From the human T2T-CHM13v2.0 reference genome, Homo sapiens: a stretch of 64,000 nt of DNA. Shown here in pieces: positions 30,193 through 47,950 of the stretch; the stretch's first letter is position 1, and the number at the start of each line of letters is the position of its first letter. Location of the stretch: the NCBI RefSeq assembly GCF_009914755.1, contig NC_060936.1. One strand, 5' to 3'. The notes below the pieces were generated by a model, which saw nothing but the letters and a program-made list of their open reading frames with translations, ran no database searches and was not told the DNA's origin. The translations under genes were made by a program, and so were the position numbers.

Positions 30193-30600
30193 TTTCCCTC
30201 CCTCCCTTCCTCCCTCCCTTCCTTCCATCTTTCCTTCCTTCCTTCTTTCCTTCCTTCCTCTTTCTCTCTCTCTCTTTCTTGCTTTCTTTTCTTTCTCTTT
30301 CCTTCTTCCTTTTTTTGAAACCAGGTCTTCCTCTCTCCCTGAGGCTGGAGTGTAGTGGCATGATCATGGCTTGAACTCCTGGGCTCAAGCAATCCTCCTG
30401 CCTCAGCCTCCTGAGCAGCTGTGACTATAGGCATGCACCACTGCACCTGGCTACGTTTTTTTTTTTTTTTTTTTTTTTGTACAGAGAAAGTCTCACTTTG
30501 TTGCCCAGGATGGTCTCAAATTCCTGAACTCAGGTGATCCTCGTGCCTCAGCCTCCCAAATTGATAAGATTATAGATCATGAGCCACTGCATGCCAGGCC
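30193..30600 (-). mobile_element. AluJ whose tail has become a (GGAA/GAAA/GA)n microsatellite, with an expanded mid-A tract
   Basis: CCTT/CT repeats at 30193-30316 followed by an antisense Alu; long T run at ~30456-30478. Confidence 0.9.
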
Positions 30601-31732
30601 AGGTCTTGTTTTTTAGTCACTCTGATTGCCTTTATTTTTAATTGTTGTATTTAGGCCATTTACATCTAAGGTGATTGTTTATATAATTTGATTAATACCT
30701 ACCATGTTGCTGTGTTCTCTTCATTGCACATATTCTCTGTTTTTCATTCTATTTTCCCTCTACTCTTCTGTCCCTTCTGGTTATAACTGAGCATTTTATA
30801 AGATTTCATTTTGTTTCTTCACTTAGCATATCAATTATACCTCTTTTAAAGTTTGTGTTAGTGGTTGCCTTAGAGTTTGCAATAAATCTTTACAACTAAT
30901 TTAAGTCCACTTTTAAATAACACTTTTTGAGGAATGCAGGCACCTTATAACCTTAACTTTTTCTGTCTTCAACACACTTTCTCTTTTGATATAGACCTGA
31001 GTTTCTGACCTATATCATTTTCCTCTGAGGAACATCTTTTAATATTTCTTGTAGGAGAGGTCTACTGGCAATAAATTCCCTCAGTATTTGAAAATGTTTT
31101 GTTTCCTTCACTTCTGAAGAATAATTTTGCTGGTGCAGTAAATTTGATAACTTTTTGTTGCTTTGGCATTCAAGTATAAATTGAATTTTCTCATTCCAGA
31201 AGAAGGACTTAGTTATCCTTGACACAGTTTTCTATATTCCCCTTCATTTCAGATTGCTGGGTGTCAGTTTCCTATGTGACCTGAATTTTTTGATGGGCCT
31301 AAGAAAAGTAATTGGTTTTCGGTATATTCATCTTTTTCCTTGTAGAATGCAAAATTATTGTAAAATTTTATTTTCAAATATTAATGAAATTTCATACTTG
31401 CTGAGGGCTTCATATTGCAGTCAGATCCTTATGCTATGGATTATCTTTATTTTTCCCATATCTCACATTGCTTGAAACTCTTCAACAAATTCTACTCCTC
31501 TTTCCCTTCTTCACTTTTTCTCTGTAGCTCTTCCTTACTCTCATTCAGCCATTCTCTCCTTTCCTTTTTCAATAAACTCCTACTCCCCTCTTTGATAATC
31601 TTTCTTCTTTTCTTTCTTATTTTGAACATCCTCTCCATTCCAAAATCAGAAGATTTCTCTATATATTCATTTTTCTTCTACACTTCATCTTTTATTTTAT
31701 TTAAGCAGGAAAAGAGAGAAAAAAGAAAACAA

Positions 31733-32074
<342 letters not shown>

Positions 32075-32539
32075 TCATTCTCTAAAGGCTCTGAAATGTA
32101 ATAAATTGACTCTCAGAATCTCTATAGAAATTTATGTTGGGCATTTCTTCATTTGTTTATTAAATATTTTTATCTACTCCAAGAATTCAATACAAAGGAC
32201 TAATTTTATTCTATTTTTTCTCTGTTTTGTGTAATTGGTACTATTGCAACACTATCATTTTCCTACTATTTTCCTTTGCAATTACACATTTGCAACCATA
32301 TTGTGGCCTAAATAGAGTTCTGTTGGTTTCTCGGAGAACCTACCATTTATAGCATTGTTTCCATGGGAAAATTACTCTCTAGGTCTAAACAACTAGCTAC
32401 ATGCAACTTTTTTAGACAGGTTATTTATAAATGAGATAAAGCAGTTATCTTCCTCCTATTCTGATCTCCTCCTCCCCATTAATCAAAGAAAAGACTGGAT
32501 GCCAATTTTTCTCACAAGACCAGACACAAATTCTGTTTC

Positions 32540-32790
32540 TAATAATAGCAACGACATTAATTTACTGAATGCCTACTCTGGGTGATGTAGTAACCTGTGT
32601 GAAGTACAATATAGTTATTAACCATTTAATTTTTCAAATGAACTGTATGAATTATTATCACAACTTACATGTGAAGAAATTGAGGCCCAAGTTGATTAGG
32701 AAAATTTCTCAAAGTCACAATGTTTCTAAGTGGCATAACTGACATTTCAACCTGATTCGTGTGAAGGCATGCAACACTAGGCTGCAACTT
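32540..32790 (-). mobile_element. MIR fragment
   Basis: tttactgaatgcctact...gaagaaattgaggccc...aaagtcaca. Confidence 0.7.
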
Positions 32791-34981
32791 AAAGATGATG
32801 CTAATTAAATATAAAGGCAACATTGGTATTTCTAATTGCTCCATTATTCTGCATATATTTAATTCCTAATGTATTATATAATGCTGTCTCAACGGAACTG
32901 CACCAACCATTGCTATAGTCTGTGTAACCACAAATAAAAAGGTATTATCTACCCATATGTCACTTTTAGAATACATTTCATGGGAGAATATATATTTATG
33001 CAGAGGAGAAATTCTAGCATTCTGGAGTGCTGAATATTATAAAAGCTGATGGAAAAAGTATAATATCTTAACAATAAAAATAACAACGGAATTATGATTG
33101 TTTGATAGATCATAAAATTGTCTGAGTTTTATATCCTTTTACATTTTAACTATCCTTTTTTCAAGTATTCTTGAGACATCAAGGTGAAATGCAAGTTAAA
33201 AAAAACAAACAATTAACCAAACAAAAGTACTCAGCATAATCTACAATCTGTCTCTGTGATGACAACCTAAAATAAAATCTGTTCTAGCATATTTAAATAC
33301 AGTGTACTCCTCTGTGTCTGCCCAAATGACATCATAATATGCTATATAAACAATGTTTTTCAGAAGTTTAAATAGAGGAAAATGTGAGATTTTAGTCACT
33401 ATGTGGTTCTCAGTGTGCAGGCATTCTTAACTCCAAAGACCCATAAAACAGAATACAGAATAATATTAAAGTCTTAACTTATATGCATTGTAGATAAAAT
33501 GTTTACAGGTTCAAACTTTCAAACAATTATTATCTTTCTCATTTCTACTGAACTAATTAGATATAATATGCACTTGGCATATTTTTATAATGCTACACTA
33601 CTAAACTTTATAGTATTATCAACACTGTTAACAACGCAGTGACATCTCATTAAAATTGATATTTGTGGTGGTGCTTTGATTATTAATATATTCTGATAAT
33701 CTTATGTTAATAAAGATTTGATATTTATATTTTTATACACCATTCTTTTTCAATATACATATCGTTCCTGATATTATTGAAGTCAAAATATAAGAACAGA
33801 ATAAAATAAAACTTAAATGGTGATTTAATAGAATAACATGACCAATTACCTATTATTATTCTAGTTAATTTGGTCTTGGTAATGATAAATAACTTTTCTC
33901 ATTTTTATAACTGTAAAAAAAACTATAACCACAAGGAGGTTTACCTTGACATGCTATTTATAGAAACTTGATCTTAATAAACTATGTTTAATTTCACTGG
34001 ATGTCCCACAATTATTTTCTTGTGAAAAAGACCCAAGCAGTACTCAAGTGTGATAAGTTCTAGTGTGTAAACAAAATGTAATAAATGTAAAAAACTTAGT
34101 CCAGTACCTCTTACACAATAGAAGTAAGTAATTTCCACTTTCATTATTAATTGACATAGATAAGCTTAAAAGGCCTTATGAACATACAGATTTTTATTTC
34201 ATACTACATGAAAGAAAATGCCTTTTACTAGGAATAATAGTCTATATTAAAGGAAAAATCTGCGTGTCACTTTAGGTGTCAAAAAAGACTTAAAAAAAAT
34301 GTATCCCCAAATTATATTTCTCTCTCAAGAAAATACACTATTCCTTGCCAACATTAAAAAGTCAATTTTATCATAGAATAAAAATCAAAGACATACACTT
34401 AAAAATTATAAATTAAGATTATCATCTTCATAAAACAATACTCTAATTTTGCTCTCCTGGGAGTAAGGCACATTACTTTCATCAAATTCAACTATAAAAG
34501 CTCTATTTCACACTTAAATAAAAAGGATATGTTAAAATGTAAAACAATACCTTATAGTATAAATAGAAAAAAATTGACAAAACAATTATATCTTATACTC
34601 TTCATTATCTGCTCAGCTTCTGTAGTTGTTAAGGTCAAGAGACAAATGTTAACAGGAAGGCTGAATTTCAATAGATGTGATAATACAGACTTTAATCACA
34701 AATGTTAAATGCTTTCCATTTGGTTGGCTATGGAAAAAGACCTGAAGCTCAACTATAGATGATAATTAGAATGATAAAATTCAGAAATATAATATCAAAA
34801 CACTGCAGATTCCAAACAATTTTTATTTTTGATTGACTACTCTTATACAGATTCCTATGGTTTAAAGGGGAAAAATGTTTCCTGCTTATGAGGAGAAATT
34901 TATTCCAACAACTTTTTAAGAAATGTTCTAACCATACTACTTATTCTAATCAAACCAGTCAAACTGTCAAAGATCTTTAAC

Positions 34982-35045
34982 CATCAACATCATCATCATC
35001 ATCATCATCACCTGTAGTGCTAGTAGTAGTAGTAGTAATAGTAGT
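34982..35045. repeat. Adjacent (CAT)n and (TAG)n trinucleotide repeats
   Basis: catcatcatc...cacctgtagtgctagtagtagt. Confidence 0.9.
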
Positions 35046-36256
35046 TAAGATTATTTTGGTGGGTACAAGAGTCATTTGTATTTATAATTTATTGCATGTG
35101 TTTTTATTTTGTTCTTCAATTGTTTTCAAATTATTAAGGTTGCTTATCTACTTATATTTATTTTCTAAATTAAATACAGACAGTATTGAGAGGTTTATTA
35201 GTAAGCTAAACTTTATCATAAACTTAAAGCTGGCTGCTTTTTGCCTTCACATAAGCAGATTTTCTTTTAGGATGCTATATTATCTCATGATAGGTCTTCC
35301 TTCATGTTTGATTATTTGATCACCAAATGAGCTTGAGGAGGATGGAGTTAAAACAGCTGCCCTGCTCTGCATTGATTATCTTTACTGGGGGATGCCTTTC
35401 ATAAAATAAGAGAAAATTGCTGATCTGCTCTGAATAGGTTTGCCAATTAGACCTCTTGGGAGATTAACCTAATGATATTTGCCAGAGTTCTAAGCTACAG
35501 AATATTCTTAGCAACATACCTTTGCCTAAAGATTACTTATAGTTAATAAATCCAGGATCTATGGATTTCTGAGGCACGGTAAATTTTATAACACTCTGAG
35601 GTATAAAGTGGAGGTATTTCACAACCTAAACTCTCCCTCCTTGCTGTGTGAGACGACCCCACAGAACCTCACCTAGGGACCTTGTCCATTCATTCGGGGC
35701 CAAAAATACATGGAACTAGTGTGGAAAGAGAAGGAGCTGCTCTAGATGTCCCAGACCTCTTTTTGCTTTTGTGCCTCTTGATTGCCTTTGATCTTAAAAT
35801 TATTAGAACATTTGATATTAGCTGATATTTGTTAATATTAAAATCTTTAATTTGTATGAGTCTTATTTAACAATCCAATCTTGAATATTAACTTAGAATC
35901 TTATCTAAAATAATGGATTTTGTTAACCAGTGAATCCCATAAGACAAATAAGTATTATTTTCTGTTCCAAATGATACCTGACCTTAAAATAAATATGAGA
36001 TTAGAAAAAAAGTTGTCTCATTATTTTTGAATTCTTTAACTTTTATGTGATATTTTATGTCAAATTTAGACTCCCTTTCACTCTTCTTTCCTGGAAAGCA
36101 AGCAAAGCAAGAAAAATTAAAAGGAAGAGTCAGCAAGTTAAAATATTTTACTAAAAATGTGGGGTTTTAATTTAAAAATATATGTAATAAACCTTTGAAA
36201 TTCTAACTTTAATTTTAAAAATTTAAAATAATAAATAATAAGCTAAAATAACATAG

Positions 36257-36291
36257 ATACATTAACGCAAATGTATTTTGCGTTAATGTAT
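36257..36291. repeat. Perfect 15-bp inverted repeat with a 5-nt loop
   Basis: atacattaacgcaaa-tgtat-tttgcgttaatgtat. Confidence 0.92.
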
Positions 36292-36765
36292 GTATTTTGT
36301 ATTGCAGATACAAACTTCCTCTTGCAGATGATTTTCTGGATGATCAACTGTGAAAAAATATTATGCAATTTTTCACAGGGGCTGATGCAAGGCCACACCT
36401 CATTTCTATATAAAAATTTACCAAAAACCATTTCCTGAGAGTTGCTTATCTTTTCCACACTTTAAACATGGTAAAATGAATACGTTTGACTAATGAGAAA
36501 GTTTTCAAATACCTGAGTTCTTTGTCTCATTAATTCTAGGATAGGCAACATCAGTCCTTTGCAGTAACATATAACAAGAAAAAGCCCTATAAATGCATAG
36601 GAGTATAGCACATTTAAATAATTTTCACCAAGCTGATACTTACATGTTTACCAACGCTAGCATTTCTGCAGGGGTCGGGATACAAGAGTGTCTGTTTTCA
36701 AAGACTTATCAGGATACATTGAAGAAAATATCAGTTTAGATGTAGTAGATGTTAAGGAATATGTC

Positions 36766-37075
36766 TTTTTTTTTTTTTTTTTTTTTTTTTTTGAGACGGA
36801 GTCTCGCTTTGTTGCCCAGGCTGGAGTGCAGTGGCACGATCTCGGCTCGCTGAAACCTCCGCCTACTGAGTTCAAGTGATTCTCCTGCCTCAGCCTCTCG
36901 AGTAGCAGGGTTTACAGGCATGCACTACCACGCCCGGCTAATTTTTGTATTTTCAGTAGAGACGGGGGTTTCGCCATGTTGGCCAGGCTGGTCTTTAAAT
37001 CCTGACCTCAGGTGATCCGCCCACCTCGGCCTCCCAAAGTGGTAGGGTTACAAGCGTGAGACACCGCACCCGGCC
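36766..37075 (-). mobile_element. AluS (Sx/Sz-like) element
   Basis: Long poly-T and full antisense dimer; degenerate TSD aatatgt. Confidence 0.95.
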
Positions 37076-38146
37076 AGAAATATGTTTATTTTTAATGTGC
37101 ATGCTTATATTAATTTCTTTGTCTTCGCAACGAAAAATTATTTAAAATATGTTAATTAAATTATTTAGAACATTATTTTTAAGTATAGAAATTAATTTGA
37201 TAGTCATTATTAGAAATGTTTATTTTATTATCAGATAACGATATTGTCTAGAAAAAAAATTCCAACCCCACCAAAAATTTCTAGCCTCAAATGATTTTCC
37301 AAATAGATTTTCTTAACAGAATTACTGCCTATCTGAAATGGCAATATTGAAATAATCATCAGTTGTAGTGTTCATTTTTCAAAATTGCCTTAATGTTGTT
37401 ATTGTTAAATACTGATGATGAGAACAATGATGTCTATTTTGCTTAGAAGACATATCCAAAGAACCTGTTTTTAAAGAGCTGAATACCATTATATTAGAAA
37501 GCCTTAATTATCTCCACCTCTGATTTCCAGTTTCTTTTCTAACTTTCACATGCGGATTTAAATAATCTCAATCCCCAGGCTCTTTAAAAAGAGGCACAGC
37601 AGAAGACACACCTACAAATTTTAAATCAGTAACATCAAATCATATTCTACCTGTTAAGATGCTTTATTAATAATAAATCAGAATAAACAAAGCAAAAACT
37701 ACCTTTACTTGATTTCCACTAGACAGTTTTTGTATAAGAGGGAGATTTTAAGCAGTGATAATGACCCTTGCCAGGGAATCTAGTTCATGCATAAAAATTG
37801 GGAGAGTCGTAGCCTTTTCCACTTCCCATCCCTGCTCTAATTCTGAACCACCGCCCCTCTCCACCATCAGATATCTATAATGGTGTGTCTTGCCCCTGTT
37901 TGTTTCATGTTTCCATATTCAATCATATTATATTCATAAGGGGTATTTGAAGGCTTTATCTCCTTTATTGGAGATCTGAATCCAAGCCACATAACCACTT
38001 TTCTTGGGACATTATCTTGAAACACAGAGCAGTATCCTCTGTTTATTGCATATCAGCACTAGCTCTAATTAAACCTTCCTGTTCTGCTACCCCACCTGCA
38101 ATTTCCGTAATTAGGTATTGTACCAAACAGTACCCTCTATAGACTT

Positions 38147-38370
38147 TGTGGTAGGCTGAATGATGGCTGCTCCAAAAACGTTCATGTCCTTTAGAGTTTG
38201 CAGATGTGATTGAATTAAAGATTCTAGGAGCAGATGCTCCTAGTTTATTTATTTAGGTCTACTAATGTAATCATAAAGGTCCTTATAAAAGGAGGCGGTA
38301 AAGTTGGAAATTCAGAGAAGGAGATGTCACAGTAAAAGCAAGCAGCTGGAGCAAGGTGAGACATATGAGA
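38147..38370 (+). mobile_element. MLT1 LTR 5' fragment
   Basis: tgtggtaggctgaatgatggc...ttgcagatgtgatt...aatgtaatcataaaggtccttataaaaggagg. Confidence 0.75.
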
Positions 38371-39897
38371 AGAGATTTTAGGAAACATTTACTGCTTACT
38401 TACTAAACCTTTCCTATCCATTTTTGTTGATTTTATTTTCAATGTTAGTTTCAGATTTTCAAAAATGCTATCACTAACTCTTCTATTATTTGATTTTTGT
38501 TTATGTACCAAGCTTTTTAGAAATAAATTTTAATTTATTTTCTGATTTTTTTATTCATTATGTCCTTTACTTGTAATTCTCTTAAATACTTCATTACATT
38601 TCAAAGCCACATTAAGCTGTTATTTAGATTTAACTATAAGCATAATTGAAGTTAAAAATATTTTGTGTGTATGTTTGGAAAGAATTGAACATTCTATTTG
38701 AAGAAAAAATAAAAATACTAATTGATTAGAATTTTATGTATGTTTACAAAATTTTGTTTGTGTTTACAGTTTTTGGGAGGAGTCTTCACATACATAGTTT
38801 TATTGGTTTACTGGTTCTTGAAACAGGTTGCCAAATTTCTAATTAAAAAGATTATAATCATTTATATTACCTCCAATAATAATTAAAATTAAAATGACAA
38901 TCAATAATTACTCTCAAATTTGCATGTCTCCATTGCAATTTCAATAGTTTTTCTAGCAGGTTGAGTGAAATATATTTTTCTATTGCTTTTCTCTGCACAT
39001 TTATTAAAAGTGACCATTTTTCTAATATTAAAGAGTATTATGAAAGCATAAAGCCAGATACACTTTGTCAAGTCACAGAGATTACTGCTCCAATTCAATG
39101 CTAACAAAAGTGAGTTTACCCTTCTCTCAGAATCCTACTTTCTGCTATGGCAAAGTTTAGATAATGTTAAAACCACATAGTAATTTTCTAAGTCTTAAAA
39201 CCCAAAGAATCATAGATGTCTTTTCCCTATCCTTTACCCAACACATTCTATCAATTAGTGAATTTTACTTATCCCATATTTTGAATGTCTTTTGTCTTTC
39301 AGTAATTTTCACTGTGCCTTTACCATTTGGATCCTTATTAACCTTTACCTTTCATTATTCCAGTATGATTTTCTTTTCTCTGTCTCTAGCGTGTCCAGGC
39401 TCCAATTCATCCCTACCACTGCTGACAATGGTAAATATCTAAAACAAACATGTTATCAGTTTACTTTATCATCTAAAAAACATACAATGCCTTATAGTAG
39501 TATATAAGCCAAAAAATACAAATTCCAAAACAAAGCTTCCACATTCAGCTGCAGATCTCATTTCCTAACTAATTTCTTATTGCATTTTTCCACTATTTCT
39601 CTGCACCTTTTGCCCAAGATTTGAAGAATCCTCATCTTTTCTGGGTATATCCATCCTCCATAAGCTTTTGTGTATTACAAATGTGTTTCATATAGTTGGC
39701 TTTGACCTAACTGGTAGGTCATGAAATTAATTCAGTGGGCTACAACTAACATCTTTCAATAAAATAGAAGTCAAATGTCTTACACCATTTATATATTCTG
39801 TAAATATATATTTAACTAAGTGGCATGATTCTTTAATGATATACTTCTGCCTAAAGTATGTAATGACACTTATAGACTACATTAGATTTGGGCAAAG

Positions 39898-40206
<309 letters not shown>

Positions 40207-42180
40207 CCAGATTTGGGCAAAGTTTTAATGCTTCTTTTCACCTGTATTGATTATACAGTTTGGAACTCAAATACAATATCTCAGAACATTTATTTTAAAG
40301 AAAATGTTGTTTCTCTAAATGAAACTTTTACAGATTCCGTAAGTGGAAAATACATGTATTAAAAACTATGTTAATATATAAATAGTTAATAAGTTTAGTT
40401 GAAAAAATAATCTAAAAATTCTCTTTGATCTCTAGGCAAGGGGAATGTGCTATATATGGTGTGATACAAAATAGAAAATTGCTAGTTTGCTAACTTTATG
40501 AAGCTCACAATCGAGTTTGTTGCAGGCAGAAGGGCTTCAGTCACAAATGTCATAATATTTCTAGATTTAAAAATAGCTATAAATGGCCACCCAAAACATA
40601 GTATGAGGTAGTATACAGTAATCATCCAAATAAATTAACAAATATAAAGTATAATTTCTAAAAGCATTATGATTTTATATTATGGTGGTGAGTAAAATTA
40701 AGCAAAGCATGGTACAAATCAAAGTGATAATGAAGCACAATAATTTTAAGAAGAGGATTAATAATTTTAAAATATATGAACAATTTACAATTATCTTAAT
40801 AATTTTGGTACAAGTGAGCAGAATAATTAGGTGACATAATAGTGTATTCAATTACAAATTTGTATATTATAAAGATTAGCAAAATTGAAGACAAAATATA
40901 ACTACATTAGGAATAGCAATTTTAAAAATTAAAGTTTGAATTGGTTCAGATGAGCATTAAAATCAAAGAAAATAAAAAGTTATGAAAATGTTAAGAAAAC
41001 ACTATTTGTTAGCAAAATAAAGTGAAAGGTAACAAAGCCATTAGTCTCAAAGAAAAGTCCAGAAATAGGGAAATTCAAAGAATATTTAACGTCCAACTAA
41101 ATCTGTGTATCACCCTTTTTAGATCAGAAACTGATCGTCTTCCTGCAATCAATCATGATAAATATAAGAACTAGTTAAAATAATAACTGTGGCTAGAGAA
41201 AAATCTTGTGTATGGTGACTTATAACATCAAAGATTATAATTTATATGTTCTGTCTACTTAGCCTATATATTATGTAATATTCTTATTGGGATTGTTTTT
41301 TCAGGAGTTATGCTCATCTGTTTGCCTTTATTCAGTTTGATACAATTTGCTAAGACCACATTGATTTGACTTGATTTCCTAAGACCCCTTTCCTGCCTTG
41401 TATGCCAGGACATATGGAGAAAGGGCAGGATACATGGAATTGCAAACAATTCAGTATGGAGTGAGGGCATTGAGAAGCAGTGATTATTAAGCCTTTTATT
41501 CAATGATGAAAAGATTTATTTGCCCCATGGCAAAGAAAATGTTTCCAAACATTTTAATTCAGAAAATGATATGGTAAATTTATAATTTTAAAAGATTACT
41601 CTGGGATTCATATAGAAAATAGATCAGTAAAGAGTTTGAATATATCCAGAAGCATGAGTTAGGAAGTTCTTACAATACATAATAAATAATAAAGCCCATG
41701 CTGAAAGAATCATTATGAAAATAGAGATAATATAAGAAAATATTTAAAAGAAAAAATATATAAAATATACACATAGAGAGAGGGAGAGAAGTGAGTGTAG
41801 ATAAATTGTTGGGTTTGTTATATAACATTAAGCAGAGAAATTAGCAATATTGCCATTTTACTAATCAAGTCTCAATATTACCCATCAATATTACCCAAAA
41901 ATATACTCTACTTTGAGAAACAGAAGTCTCTTTGCTAATACCTTAATTTCTGGATTCCTCTGCCTAAGTCTCAGCTTTCAAATTTTAACCACTTTCACTT
42001 ACTATATTACCAAATGTATGATTTATTTTATACTCCATAATTATCCTCTAAAATAGTACAATGACCAATAAAATTGGAGCAAGATAAGAAGAAAAGACTA
42101 CACTCATCAGTTTTATGACAAACTCTACAATATCTCCTTCACTTTTTACTGCACCAGGGTTTCCTGTCTGTGGATCAAAG

Positions 42181-42450
42181 GTATCAGTCAGAAGAAATAG
42201 GTTATGCTGAAATAACAAAAAGCCTACAAATGTCATTGGTTTACAAGAGCTGAGGTTTATTTCTTATTTATACTACATGTCCATCACAGGATAGTTTGAG
42301 GCAAGGCACATTATGATTGCTAAGAAACCCAGGAAGAAACCACCATTTCAAATGTTGCTTGTGCTTCAAGAAGAGGAAATTATAAAGAGTTTTACACTGA
42401 CAATTTAGTGCTTGAGTCTGCAGGTGACACCAACTATTCTGGTTTGTAAA
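42181..42450 (-). mobile_element. Old MLT1 (J/K-like) LTR fragment
   Basis: gtatcagtcag...taggttatgctgaaataacaaa...ggtttatttcttattta. Confidence 0.6.
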
Positions 42451-43024
42451 ATTGAAATACTACTGGCATATGAGATTGTGCAGTCCAGGCTAACTACATT
42501 AACCTGAGCCTGCTGGGAATAATCTCTAAATGCTAGCAGTGATTGAGAAAGATAAATCAAACAGTTTGATAAAGAATAAGGATGAAAAGCTTAGTAGATG
42601 AAGCTTGGCTTAGTGGCAACAACTCTGAGAAGAATCAACTTAGCAAAGAAAAAATAAATGAATTGCACAATGTCAGATATTTAAGAAGGCAACATTCTCT
42701 TGTGGTCAAATTAAACGACATTAAAATCATTTGGCAAATCACTGATGAAAAGTAGGTTGGTAATGTGTTCAACAATTAACTAGAATATGCCTATGCTGAA
42801 AGTAATTCTATAAAGAGTATATGAAGCATTTCAGGAAAGTAAATCTCAATAAACACCAAAAATATTCATAATACTTAACCATAAATATTTTATAGTATAC
42901 TAGAAACATTAACCCTGGAGATTGAAGATTGGCTTCCAGGTGTTTGGTTAAGAGTAAGTAACATAACGTTCTGAGGTTGGTTTACTTATCAATATAATAT
43001 AGGTTGATCTAAGTTAGGACTCAG

Positions 43025-46333
<3,309 letters not shown>

Positions 46334-46339
46334 TGTATA

Positions 46340-46665
46340 TTAACTCTAATAGAAATATAATGTGGGTCACCAATGTCAGCCACACACATAATATTAAATT
46401 TTCCAAAAGCTGCCTTTTAGAAAGAAAAAAGTGACATTAATTATATTGATATATTTTATTTAACTCAGTAAATCTAATATTATAATTTCAACATGTAATC
46501 AATTTTTGAAAAAAATAAGATATTTTATATTCTTTTTGTTATTTTTGTATTAAGTCTAAGAAATTTGATGTATATTTTATAAGTACAATACATTTCAATT
46601 TAAGGTGGCCACAATTCAAGTGCTCAATAGCCAATGTGGCTGATGTCTATGGTATTTTACAGCAA
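46340..46665. mobile_element. MER33 hAT-Charlie element
   Basis: aatagaaatataatg...atttcaacatgtaatcaat...ttcaagtgctcaatagcca. Confidence 0.8.
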
Positions 46666-47655
46666 AATTCTTAATGATCTCTGAGTTTTCTTCTATCTTT
46701 AAAGATTCATGATACTATGGCTATAAATATTTAATAGCTACAAATAACAAGTAATTAGACATAAGCTGTTTCTCCCTGGTTATCTGAGCAAGAGGATTTT
46801 AATGTTAGTTGTGACTGAAAATTGTATATCAACATGGCCTGTTGTTGAACACTAACAGGCTTTTCAATTCAGCTGCCAGCTGATTGAAGCCGTAACAAAT
46901 TGCAGCTTGTCATTGCTAGGCCTCATTGTGCTCCTCAGAACTTCAGGGCTGTGCCCCATTCTTGTTAGAAAAAGCTGAGCTAGCAATCCTGTACAATCTC
47001 CAAAGAGTCCTTCATCCCAGTTACAGTTTTCCTGGTTATATTTTTGACAATAGTATTGGGAACTTCATTCTCATCCTTTTTTAGCCATATCCTGAACTAG
47101 ACTTTTTGCCTCTCTTAAGCCTATTCCCCCTAATGTCCAGTTAAGTTCATTTCTGATCTGTGGCTCTAACCTTAGACTCATATTTTTACAGAAACTGATT
47201 TCATCCTGTCCCTGTTAAGTTGAGAAAACTGTACTCCATCAGTCCACCATGGGTTAAGAGGGCCTTCCCAGCACTCTACACTTGGGATATGCAGGTCTCT
47301 TGCGGGTAGAAACTCCATCATTTCACCTGAAGAAAATAATAACTGCATAACCACTGTGAAAACAGGCAAGAAATCACACCTCTGATTTCAGCATTTTACT
47401 GATTTGGACTGTTTTGTCCACTGCTGCTTACCATTCTCTTGGTTACATTTTCCTATTTCTTCCTACATCTAATAATTCTAGAATGTGTCCTAGATATTGT
47501 AAATGAACATAGTATCGGCTGTAATTCTGTTTATCTAAAAAACGTTTTTTTTTTTTTTTAAAGAAAACTAAATTGGCAGAAGTCAAACTCCAAACTTGGT
47601 GTTTTCAAGGCAGCAAAAGAATTTCTCTGTTTATTTCTGTTGCGTTTAGCTAGGC

Positions 47656-47950
47656 TTTTTTTTTTTTTTTTTTTTTTTTTTGAGACAGAGTTTCACTCTT
47701 GTCGCCCAGGCAGTGCAGTGGTGCGATCTTGGCTCACTGCAACATCTGCCTCCCGGGTTCAAGTGATTCTCTTGCCTCAGCCTCCCCAGTAGCTGACAGG
47801 CGCCTGCCACCATACCCAGTTAGTTTTTGTATTTTTAGTAGAGACGAGGTTTCTGACCAAGCTGGCCTCCAACTCCTGACCTCAGGTGATCCAGCTGCTT
47901 CGGCCTCCCAAAGTGCTGGGATTTACAGGCATGAGCCACCGTGCCTAGCC
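47656..47950 (-). mobile_element. AluS element with several small internal deletions
   Basis: Antisense Alu; TSD tagctaggctt on both sides. Confidence 0.93.

Larger units (their letters stand above)
28130..31330 (-). mobile_element. Old L1M (L1MC-like) relics carrying nested LTR, Alu and (CA)n insertions
   Basis: Antisense L1 3'UTR/ORF2/ORF1-like segments (ccatttgcattcccagcagtaatga, tttaatttgcaattccttaat, ggtctactggcaataaattccctcag). Confidence 0.7.
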
